From NCBI GenBank assembly GCA_951406725.2, contig OX597814.1, positions 138,384,001-138,448,000 on the forward strand: a stretch of DNA of 64,000 nt, in the 5' to 3' direction. This stretch comes from Octopus vulgaris (lineage: Eukaryota). The notes beneath the pieces were generated by a model, which saw nothing but the letters and a program-made list of their open reading frames with translations, did no database searches and was not told the DNA's origin. Position 1 is the stretch's first letter. Each line of letters opens with the position of its first letter. Positions 53,054-64,000 of this stretch are shown here, piece by piece. The position numbers and the translations under genes are program-made.

Positions 53054-53816
53054 GTACACAGACATACTATATATGTATGTGTATATGCATGCTCATCTAT
53101 ACTCAACGAGGAAAGTTTCTTTTTTTACACATACACTCATGATAAATGAATACATTTCGACAAATTACACAGATTTACATTTATACACCCAATTTGCTGT
53201 GCAGTTCACCACCATTATCACTTCTAGCACTACTCTGATGATCATTGACGTCGACGTCATCACCGTCATCATCATCATCGTCGTCATCACCAAAGTCATA
53301 ATTGGTTTTATGCTTTCATTGAATGATGTTTAAGACACACTTGTACATACAGTTTTTATATATTATGTGACAAGATTATTCTCTTAGAAGTCTTTGTTGT
53401 ATAAATAATCTTCCCGTATTGTCCTTTATTCGTCATCCTTCTGTGTTGTTGGAAGGCCGATAGTTCACTTGCTAGCTGATGTCCTCGGTAGAAACTTAGG
53501 CAGTTGTGTGATCATATGGATTGCCTTTAACTGTTATGAATTCAAGTGTATGTATCTATGAATGTATGTGTATGTATCTGTATGTATTTGCTTGTGAGTG
53601 TGCGTTTGTGTTTATGTGCAAGGATTAGAAAATATGATAGTAACTCTTCAATTGGTTCTTTCTTTTTTCTTTTTATTATTATTTTCTGCAAATATGTTCG
53701 GTTGGGTGATGAACATGACGCCCTTAGGAAAGGCTGAAAGAGTTGTAATGCATTGCGTAAGGAGATTTAGAAATGTATTCATGTATTTGTACTTGAAAAT
53801 ATATAATCTATAAACT

Positions 53817-53892
<76 letters not shown>

Positions 53893-53941
53893 TGTGTGTG
53901 TTTGTGTGTATATGTATATATATATATATATATATATTATG

Positions 53942-53996
<55 letters not shown>

Positions 53997-54405
53997 GTAC
54001 CCATAAATGTTTTATTAATGTGTAGGCATAAAAAGAATATATAAATAAATTGATTGTAGCAATGTCTGTTCATTGAAGATTTTAAAGTTTGGATGTTCCT
54101 GCATCATCTTACTGTCAATACCATCTGATAATACTTAACAATCCCCTTCGGGTAATCCTTGAGAAACCGTCGTTAATCTCTAACCAGGATTCTTTCGTAC
54201 GGTAAAGACAGATGATATTTAAAATCTCTATATGAACGAAACATTGTGAGTGAAAGTGCGCGCGCGCGTGCATGTATTTGCGTGTGTATTTGTATGTGTG
54301 TGTTTGGTGTGTGTTTGCGTGTGTATTTATGGTGTGTGTGTGTGTTGTGAGTGCACGAATATGTTTGGATATATATATATGTACATGTATATACATACCT
54401 ATATG

Positions 54406-54452
<47 letters not shown>

Positions 54453-54574
54453 TTATATACATACACCTAAGGAATAATAAATATGCAGATATATTTGTTT
54501 TTAATATATATGTTCATATACATAAATATATTATGTAAAATGTAAATAATATGTATTTACATGCATACATATAT

Positions 54575-54650
<76 letters not shown>

Positions 54651-54780
54651 TTATATATATATTAATATGTGAATATGTGTGAGTGTTTATATGTAAGCAT
54701 AAGTACACGGTGTATGATATGTTGAAAATGTTCATCAAACGATATCCCTAAATGAATGTGATGTATGAACGAAAACCAAC

Positions 54781-54786
54781 TTTATT
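54781..54786 (-). terminator. Polyadenylation signal AATAAA
   Basis: Lies 1 nt after the stop codon of the Cys-rich exon. Confidence 0.55.
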
Positions 54787-54787
54787 G

Positions 54788-55063
54788 TCAAGGAGCGCTT
54801 GTTACCGCGTGGCCATACCGATCAACACATAATGTGCTACCAATGTCCAGGTTGTATTGACATGTGTTGTAGCCGAGATTGAAATTCATTGAGCAACTGT
54901 TACCCATACCACAGGCCCTCTTGTGACACGGTGGATCTGGCAAGCAGACACCATGCTGGCAGCTTCCATCTGGACAGCCGAAATGGCAATGTATTTTCGG
55001 GTAGCATATTCGGTGGTAGGCACAATATTCGTGGGGACAGCATCCTTCTGCACATGTCCGATA
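54788..55063 (-). CDS. Cysteine-rich peptide, terminal exon (91 aa, 14 Cys)
   Basis: Strong acceptor ttttctctctttgcag; YRTCAEGCCPHEYCAYHRICYPKIHCHFGCPDGSCQHGVC...TSAP then TGA; GC-richer than the flanks; AATAAA follows immediately. Confidence 0.8.
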   Translation of the reverse strand, partial: YRTCAEGCCPHEYCAYHRICYPKIHCHFGCPDGSCQHGVCLPDPPCHKRACGMGNSCSMNFNLGYNTCQYNLDIGSTLCVDRYGHAVTSAP

Positions 55064-55301
55064 CTGCAAAGAGAGAAAATATGAAATAAAAGTTTTAGTT
55101 GATATTACATTAAAAAGAAAATATAAAAGTAAAACGAAGATACAGTATTTACATATTACACCCATCTCTCATCTACGATAAGGCTAGTAATTTAGTGCTG
55201 TCGACAGTTGTCAAAATTTAATGATAGTTGCCAGTAAACCAATTTTATTCCTGCTGCGGAGTAAAGATCGTATTTCTTCAAAATTATGTCAGAATCAATT
55301 G

Positions 55302-55374
55302 TGTTCTGTTGTGTAGTGGTTATCACGTCTACCTCACACGCAGAAAGTCTTGAGTTCGAGCCTCACCAGAACCT
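55302..55374 (+). tRNA. tRNA-Val(CAC)-like copy, probably a pseudogene
   Basis: 73-nt cloverleaf with the Val D-arm GTGTAGTGGTTATCAC, anticodon loop CTCACAC and T-loop TTCGAGC. One mismatch each in the acceptor, anticodon and T stems; no adjacent oligo-T terminator. Confidence 0.75.
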
Positions 55375-56648
55375 GTGCTAACTGTTTCTGTAATGCATTT
55401 GAGCACTATATTCAGTATACCTATTGTTATATTTATTTCTTTATTGCCCACAGTAGGCTAAACGTAGAGAGAACAGACATAACAGTTTCTTATTTAATCA
55501 GTGCATAACAGTTTTTTATTTAATCGACCCCGAAAGGATGAAAGGCAAAGTCGACCTCGGCGGAATTTGAACTCAGAACGTAACGGTAGATAAAATACCT
55601 ATTTCTTTACTACTCACAAGGGGCTAAACACAGAGGGGACAAACAAGGACAGACAAACGGATTAAGTCGATTATGTCGACCCCAGTGCGTAACTGGTACT
55701 TAATTTATCGACCCCGAAAGGATGAAAGGCAAAGTCGACCTCGGCGGAATTTGAACTTAGAACGTAACGACAGACGAAATACCGCAAAGCATTTCGCCCG
55801 GCGTGCTAATGATTCTGCCAGCTTGCCGCCCTCCTATTGTTATTATATCACATTAAGATGGTTTTATTGGCAGAATCGTTCGTACGTCGGTCAAAATTCT
55901 TAGCGGTATTTCTACCGGCTTTACGTTCTGATTTCAAATGCAGTCGTGGTCGACTTTGCCTTTCGCCCTTTCGGAATGAATAAAATAAATTTTGGGGTCA
56001 TTGTAATCGACGTGCACCCGCCACTTCAAATCTACCGGCTTTGTGCCAAAATTAGAAAGAGTTATTATTATATTTATTTTTTTATTGCCCACAGGGGGAT
56101 AAACATAGAGAAGACAAACAAGGACAGACAAAGGGCTTAAGTCGATTACATAGAATCGACCCCAGGGCATAACTGGTACTTATTTAATCGACCCTGAAAG
56201 GCAAAGTCGACCTCGGAGGAATTTGAACTCAGAACGTAACGGCAGACGAAATACCTCTCAGCATTTCACCCGACGCGCTAACGATTCTGCCAGCTCGCCG
56301 CACTATTATTATATTATATTATCAAAGAAAGGTATTTCGAGGCAATTTCATTTGTGAATAAGTAGATATGCGATTATTTAAAGTTTTCATTTCCACCTTA
56401 GAAGAGACTAATTACTTGGGAATCGGAGCCGAATCCATCGCTATATGGTTACGAACGAGATTTGAACATATGCGCAGAAGTTTGGTAAGAAGCTTGCTTC
56501 CCAACCACATAGTTCCAGGTTCAGTCCCACTGCGTGGCCCCTTGGGCAACTGTCTTCTACTACAGTTTCGGGCCGACCAAAGCCTTGTGAGTGGATTTGG
56601 TTGACGAAAAACTGAAAGAAGCTCGTGGTATATATGTGTATGTTCATG

Positions 56649-56799
<151 letters not shown>

Positions 56800-56819
56800 T
56801 TATATAAAGACACACACAT

Positions 56820-56855
<36 letters not shown>

Positions 56856-56935
56856 GCAACTGTCTTCTACTAAAGTTTCGGGCCGACCAAAGCATTGTGA
56901 CTGGATTTGGTTGACAAAAACTGAAAGCAGCTCGT

Positions 56936-57008
<73 letters not shown>

Positions 57009-57353
57009 TTATATATATATATATGTATGTGTGTCATTGTGTTTTTTTCTCCATCGCCGCTTGACAACCGGTGTTGTGTGTTTACGTCCCTGTAACTTAG
57101 CATTCGGCAAAAGAGACCGATAGAATGTATAAGGCTTAAAAAAAGTACTGGAGTCGATTAATTCGACAAAAAATATTTCAAGGCGGTACCCCAGCATGGC
57201 CGCAGTCAAATAACTGAAAGAAGTAAAAGATACAAGATGCAAATTATCAAAGAGAATGTTTTGTTTTAAAAGCGTGGTTCTAACACAAGCAGATGAAATT
57301 CTAGGTACTTTTGATACTGTGTAGTAAAGTGTTTAATAATTCTATGATGAAAC

Positions 57354-57403
57354 CTCATTGGAGTTGCATTTGTCATTCAAACGGCATCGATGGAAATGAG
57401 CAA
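57354..57403 (-). CDS. Cysteine-rich peptide, putative exon 2
   Basis: attttattcgtag acceptor and a weak GAG|gtttca donor; (F)AHFHRCRLNDKCNSNE. Phase 1 in and phase 0 out fit both neighbouring exons. Confidence 0.55.
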
Positions 57404-57977
57404 CTACGAATAAAATATTTATGTAATGTCAACTCTGTATACCGACAATGTCCAAGGCATGACTATGTAGTTAAGAAGTTCGCTTGCAACCTAGTGATTT
57501 CGTGTTCAATACCACTACACAGCACTTTGCGCAAGTATCTTCCACACATCCCTGGGTCGACCAATGCATTGTGCGTGAATTCGGTAGACAGAAACTGTGT
57601 GGAAGCTCGTCAGATATATATGCTCAGTGGTTGGAGAGTCGGGATTACAATCATGAGGTAGTGAGTTCGATTCCCAGACCGGGCTGTGTGTTGTGTTCTT
57701 GAGTAAGACACTTTATTTCACATTGCTCCAGTTCACTAATCTCCGGAATTCATTTGTAACGTCACTGGTGCCAACCTGTATCGGCCTTTGCCTTTCCCTA
57801 GGATAACATCTGTGGTATGGATAGGAGATGGTGGTATGTATGGGCAACTGCTGGCATTCCATAAATAATCTTGCTCGGACATGTGTCTTGCGGGGTAACT
57901 TTCTAGGTGTAATCCCATGGTTATTCATGACCGAAGGGGGTCTTTTGTTTACATACATACATACACGTATGTGTATA

Positions 57978-58035
<58 letters not shown>

Positions 58036-58359
58036 TATGTGTATGTATGCGTGTGTACTTGTGTCTGTGTTTGTTCTCTCACTGTTTGACAACCGGTGTT
58101 AGTTTGTTTATGTCCACGTAACTCAGTAGTTCGCCAAAGAGAGGGATAGTATATGTATCAGGCTTTAAAAAATACAAGTATTAGGTCGATCCGTTCGACT
58201 AAAACCCTTCAAAGCAGTGCCCCAGTATGGCCACAGACAATGACTGAAACAAATAAAAAATAAAAGATTAGTAATAAATTTTAAAAAAACCCAAATTTTC
58301 TGCTGATAATACAGAAATCAATAATTTATCCAAAGTTTTGTGATTTCTACTTCACTTAC

Positions 58360-58423
58360 ATCAATAATAGTCTGGGGGAATAAAACAACAAAAAAAAAGC
58401 ATAAATATTACAAATTGCATCAT
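58360..58423 (-). CDS. Cysteine-rich peptide, putative exon 1 (signal peptide) with in-frame TGA
   Basis: ATG ATG start, MMQFVIFMLFFCCFIPPDYY-TGA-T then GTAAGT donor; hydrophobic core. Confidence 0.55.
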
Positions 58424-58426
58424 TCC

Positions 58427-58466
58427 AACTGTCCAAAAATTGTTAGTTTGCACGTCTATATAAATA
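58427..58466 (-). promoter_or_regulatory. Candidate TATA box and initiator
   Basis: TATTTATATAGA lies about 30 nt upstream of an Inr-like CAGTT just before the ATG. Confidence 0.35.
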
Positions 58467-60401
58467 AAAGAAAGAACGATTCTTTAAAGGTGTTGAGAAT
58501 ATTTGGAAGTTGAATGACCTCACCGTGAGAGAATATTCCATGATTGCACAATAAATGTGTGATGAATAAGGATGAAGTGGAAGGGTCTAGGGTGAAGACT
58601 AAAAAGAAAAAAATTAATAAAATATAAACAAAATGAAAGTCCTAGTGTGGCCGATTCTAGCATGTGAACTGGCGTTGACTACGATAATATAATAAAGTTA
58701 TTGAAATGCAATAATTCCTGAGACTCATTAAAGACCATTCATAACTTAGTATGAAATTAACATCCCACACCCATCACGTTTTACTGAAGTGTCACTAATA
58801 AAGTATTGTTTGTGGAGGTGCTGTTGCGGTTGTTATTCTCGCTAATGTTGCAGTTGTTAGGAACTTTGTAGCTGTTAGCATTGTTTGTGTCTTCGATATA
58901 AACTTTTTTGCTGTTCTTATAGTTGTTACCATTATTTTTTTTTTTTTATTATTGCATGCAACTCTTTCTGTTTCCCCGACCCGCACACCTTAATCCGCTT
59001 TTTTACAGTCGGCAAATTGACAGAGTCATTAGAGCGTCGGACAGATTGCTTTGCGATAATCGTTTCGGATATTCATGCCTTGAATTCAAATCTTACCAAG
59101 ACCAACTTTGCTTTTGATCTTCTTGGGATTAATAAATATATCAAACATGTTCTAGAGTCGATTCTTCTGTTTCATGGTTATCTGACTATTTTTCTTTCCT
59201 TTCTAGAAAAAATGAGCAATGGTCAGCCCAGAAAACGGTCTAGCTCCGCTAGTTTTAAATGTCCCAGACATTCCGTATATCATAACGATGCTCCTATGAT
59301 TCCATCAATAAGTTGAGAGTCCAAAACGAGGCCTTTCTTTTCACATGACATAAACCGCGGTTATCTCTCTTAAAGTGTAAGCGGTTCACATCTGGCCATT
59401 ACCAGTATGTAGTGAATACGACCGACACATTTAAACTTTAAACAGCTCAATAGACACATCTGTTAACAGGTGACACGCAAAGGAAAATTTTGACTACAGA
59501 AAACAGTGGAAGCACCGGTATTTTGACAGATCCCCAGTACCGAGGTCGGTTCCTCGTGTACACAGAAGAAACGACAGGTTACGATAACAAACCGGTTTCT
59601 ATTTTCAATTTTCATCTCAAACTTAAAATGAAGTCGCGTGGCCTAGTGGTTAGAGTGTTGCATTCACGATCGTTCTTTCGATTCCCAGACCGGGCGACTC
59701 GTTGTGTTCTTGAGCAAAATCCTTCTTTTCAGGTTGTTGCAATCCACTTAACTGTAAATGAATTATCCCGAAACGGACTGGCGTCCTCTCCAGGAGGGAT
59801 GTTACAATCTCTATCACTTGTATGTCATGGAAACTGGCCCTTTGAGTCCTAAGACTCGAGACAGTACTACTTAGTATCCTAAACTTGTTATATTTGTTGT
59901 ATTTTGATATTAGAAAGGTGTACTTAAATCTGAGAAACCCATATTGAGTGACTACACAGACGGTAGAAATGTGGGGTCCTATCTGTTATTATCTGTTTTC
60001 AGTTCTTGTGCACCAGTGTCATAACCAACACAGCCAACATATTAGGTACTGGAATGCTGTTGTTTGTTCCTTCTCAAGCCATACCTGGCTTATAAGGGCA
60101 GGTTTCCAGGTTTCATTGGCGTATAGGTTCCCCACCTGGACGGGACGCCGGTCCGTCACAGGTGAGCTGCTAGGTGCAGGAGGAAAGAGGGAGGGAAAGT
60201 TGTGGCGAAAAAGTCAGCAGAAGTTCGCCATTACCTTCTACCGGAGCCGCGTGGAGCTTAGGTGTTTCGCTCATAAACACACACATCGCCCGGCCTGAGA
60301 TTCGAACCCGCGAGTCGGCTGCTCTAACCACTAGGCCATGTCTCCACCAGGTATAGGAATAAGACCCCGTTATTATTTCATTCGTTACTTAGATTACTAT
60401 A

Positions 60402-61562
60402 GGCCATTCCGATAAGGTAGTTATCCGCCCCTGACTGGAACTCTCCCATGTGTAACTTGCTTCTACTTCTGCGGACTACCAACTCACAGGCTGTATGACC
60501 GGTTAATATGATGTCTCCGAAGAAATCGCGCAAATACTGTTGTAAATGCAGCAATTATAGAGGGACGAATGTAGACGGCAAAGTTATCTCACTTCATAGA
60601 TACCCTGCAAACGTCGCTATTCGTCGCATTTGGCTTTAAAGATCGAGACTTGCGAGGAAAGACTTTGTTTACACTGCAAATAGCCAGATTTGCTCCCAGC
60701 ATTTCGTCAATTCTAATGGACTATCGACAGATCACCCCTTGCCATCCGTTTATTAGATAAAGTTCAGAGATATGTGTATGTGACTGTGAATTTGTATTTG
60801 ATAAATATGATAGGGATAAAAAATTTATTCAAAATTAAGCCTAATTTATTTATTATTTATTGTTTTAATCATACTTCTATTTACTTACATCCATAAAAAA
60901 TACAATTTATTATACAAGGGAAAAAAGTCAAAATAATTAGACTTTTCTCTGCAATCGGCTGAATGCATATTGCCAGTGACCTTTGACAATCTGTGATCAG
61001 GATTGTTCTTTTTGTTAGATGTTGGGTATTGACGGGATTACCAGACACCGGACAATGCAGTGAGAGTAGTTTTTGGTAACATCCGTAATATTCAATGTTG
61101 TGTACGTGTCTGTCATGGTAAAATATGCTACTCCTTAACCGTCGCTTTGCCTTCCTCCGTAACACGAGGTAGTTGTAAACGTCATTATCCGTAAAATTCG
61201 ACATCTTATGAAGATCTTTAATCCAATCTGATTTCAGCACATTAGGATCAGGTAAAACTTCACCGAGAAGAGATACAAGTTTCTGCTTATTCCGGTATGA
61301 AGTTCACTTCTCGTCTCTTGATTTTATTTCATTGACGTTCTTTATCGAAAGAATTTTAATACCTTTTAACCTTTCAACCAAATCCGCCTTTTTTTCTTGT
61401 AATATACTGTTCATGTAATCGCAAATAATTCTTTGAGTCGACCTGCTTAATATTCATGATATGACGTGATACACAACAACAGTGGCGTGGGTAATTCGCG
61501 GAAGTAGAATTGTCTGCACGGAGAGCCACCTAGCCAAGGGAGATAATCGACTTATCGGAATG
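60402..61562. mobile_element. Internally deleted two-gene DNA transposon (ISL2EU/Harbinger-related or Kolobok-like)
   Basis: TIR CATTCCGATAAG / CTTATCGGAATG. THAP remnant on + and a convergent ORF2 N-terminus on - (LPDPNVLKSDWIKDLHKMSNFTDNDVYNYLV). Confidence 0.7.
60508..60756 (+). pseudogene. THAP zinc-finger remnant
   Basis: MMSPKKSRKYCCKCSN...ISLHRYPANVAIRRIWL*...SQICSQHF...HPLPSVY shows the C2CH, P, W and F signature; stop at 60637-60639. Confidence 0.8.
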
Positions 61563-62157
61563 TGTCTCCACCAGGTATAGGAATAAGACATCGTTATTAT
61601 TTCTTTCGTTACTTAGATTACTCTAGTGGCCACTCTGATATCTCAGACGCTAGCAAAACGAACGACTCTATACTTTGTTTATTAATTTATTTTATTCATT
61701 GTTTAGGTCTGTCTTTCATGGACCCTCGGAGTCATAAGGCAAGAGATTCACTCAGTTTCCATGGTGTATAAGTGACTGAGATTACAGCACCATCCCTCCA
61801 ACCACTGAACGGGACGACACAGGGTGATCTTCTCAGTTATTCATAGAAACAACGTAAAATGAAGTGTTTTGCGACACGAGCACAAAGGATCGCCCGCGCT
61901 GGAAATTGAAACTACGATCGTTCGACCGCAAGTACAACATCCCTAAGCACTAGACTACGGCCCTTCACTTTTATGCTGTAATCTATTTCATTGGTTAGGT
62001 AACTTTATTTAGACAAATTGTTTTACTGCCGAACTTTTGCATTTATTAGCAAATTATTTGAATATTAAGCACGTAACTCAATTTTATTCAATAAGTTGTG
62101 TGTGTGTGTATATATGTGCATGTGTATATCTGTGTGTGTATACATATAAATATGTGT

Positions 62158-62216
<59 letters not shown>

Positions 62217-62490
62217 CTATAGGTTATGTCAAAAGTGAAATCTTGCTTCAAGTCTATACAGGCTCATGAAGCCAGAATTTATCCGAAATTTCAAAGAGTA
62301 AAGTCAGAGTACAAGCTCTTACCCCAGTGTTAACCTTCAGGCGTCTTCGATACTTATTTTTAGCTGAGTTGTATTGGACTAACGTGAAATAGCGTCTCGT
62401 TCAATGATACAACGCTCAATGCAGTCCGATCATCGAATTCACGATCAAACTATAATCATCAGGTAGCACGCACTTCCTCAAATCAAAATA

Positions 62491-62540
<50 letters not shown>

Positions 62541-63188
62541 AACTGTCATAATATCTAGAAAACAACATTCTTCACCAATATACCTGTCTCATCCAGAATC
62601 ATAGGTATTGTAAGAAGTTTTTATTTTCCTGATATTAGTAGTATAAAATATATACAAATACTGACCACGAAGTTGAAATAAAAACAAGACAACAAAAAAT
62701 TCTTCGTTCTTTAACTTTTTGATTAATATTGTATCAATTCTTCTGAACATGTAAATAGAATTGTAAGAAGAGCGATGCAGATAAAATTTATTTCTCGTCT
62801 CAATAATTTTTCTTTTCATTTAATCCTCTTATCAACAATTTTTTCCACCAGATACACCCGCAAGTTCCATTATTCTCCCATACAGTTTTTTACTTTTTTT
62901 TCCAATCCTTTTTTCCTTTACATCCCTAAGCAATTTCTTTCATAATTCACTTCAAATATCGTCCACTAACGTTTCTTTGATAAAATCTCACTCCATGCCC
63001 ATGTCTATCTATGAACACAAGTGCAACAAATTAACTATTTTATCAAGTCAAGCAACAAGACTTGACATTTAACCCTTGCTTTTCATTTGAAACCGAGGCT
63101 TCTGTATTGGCTCCCAACAGCTTTAAAATATATCTCGCCTCTTTCTTATAACCTAACTGTAGAACTTGTCTCGGTTTTTATTATATTA

Positions 63189-63273
<85 letters not shown>

Positions 63274-63887
63274 TTCTTGAAGTTTCCTTTTTTCCATATT
63301 TGCATTCTATATTTTTTTCTGTTTTTCTTTCTTTCTCTCTAACTTTTATTTCATTTTTTATAATTTTTTTTCTCTGCTTTGACGCACAAGAACTAAAATG
63401 AAGTAGAAAAAGAAAAAAAAAAACCCAACGTATTCTATAGCATGCTCATATTCATATGTGCATGGAGACACACATGCAGTCAGACATACATGCATACATG
63501 CAAGACTTTTCTCAAGTTTAAAACGTGAATTTGCTTTTGTTATCTACATACCAGTGATGAAGTTTTTCATCTTTGCTCGAAACTAGCTCCTCCTTTACAG
63601 GAAGATTTCAAATAATTAAAAAATGAAGGGAACATACATACATATATATCCATAAATACACACACATATATACTTACGCATACACACACACACACACGTA
63701 CACACACATATACATACACATACGTAGATGCATATATACATACACATACGTATTATCTTGTTTAAGCAAGTGAAAATGTATTCAACACATGTTATACGGT
63801 ATGTATTCATTACAAATTAGTTGATGTAAACACACCTCTATGTGTGCACCAAATTCTAATTAGCAACGAAGTCAGTCAACACATACG

Positions 63888-63951
<64 letters not shown>

Positions 63952-64000
63952 ATCTATCTATATCTCTCACAATGGACGGACGATAGTCATATCGGCTCCA

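Noticed and set aside
44515-54738. Many ORFs rich in YI, HT, CV or MYVC
   Set aside because: They are translations of (TA)n, (CA)n and (TACA)n microsatellites.
55064-55165. N-terminal hydrophobic part of ORF 54788..55165 as a single-exon signal peptide
   Set aside because: Composition is intron-like and ends in a strong polypyrimidine/CAG acceptor, so the spliced model is preferred; not fully excluded.
59630-59720. tRNA-like A/B boxes (also about 9170, 57620 and 60300)
   Set aside because: These are SINE heads that continue into SINE bodies; no complete cloverleaf.
62589-62819. Minus-strand hydrophobic stretch (INFICIALLTILFTCSEE) suggesting a second signal-peptide exon
   Set aside because: No in-frame ATG and no donor before the stop.

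Overview
AT-rich, microsatellite- and SINE-dense eukaryotic DNA whose repeat families look like coleoid cephalopod (probably Octopus); the organism is my inference. The first 17 kb holds the last nine coding exons of a paladin (PALD1)-like gene on +. All eight introns are phase 0 with GTAAGT donors, and the C-terminal P-loop lacks its Cys (GX5R). A compact three-exon minus-strand gene at 54788-58423 encodes a putative secreted 16-Cys peptide, carries an in-frame TGA at the end of its signal-peptide exon, and has a tRNA-Val(CAC)-like copy in intron 2. The rest is a transposon patchwork: SINEs, mariner, pogo-, piggyBac- and hAT-like MITEs, R4/Dong-like LINE pieces, a Penelope RT remnant and a THAP-bearing DNA transposon. 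Several minimal hammerhead ribozyme motifs occur, some at the centre of (TA)n-embedded foldback elements. Most ORFs in the supplied track are microsatellite or repeat artefacts. Homology calls are from memory of the families; no database search was run.
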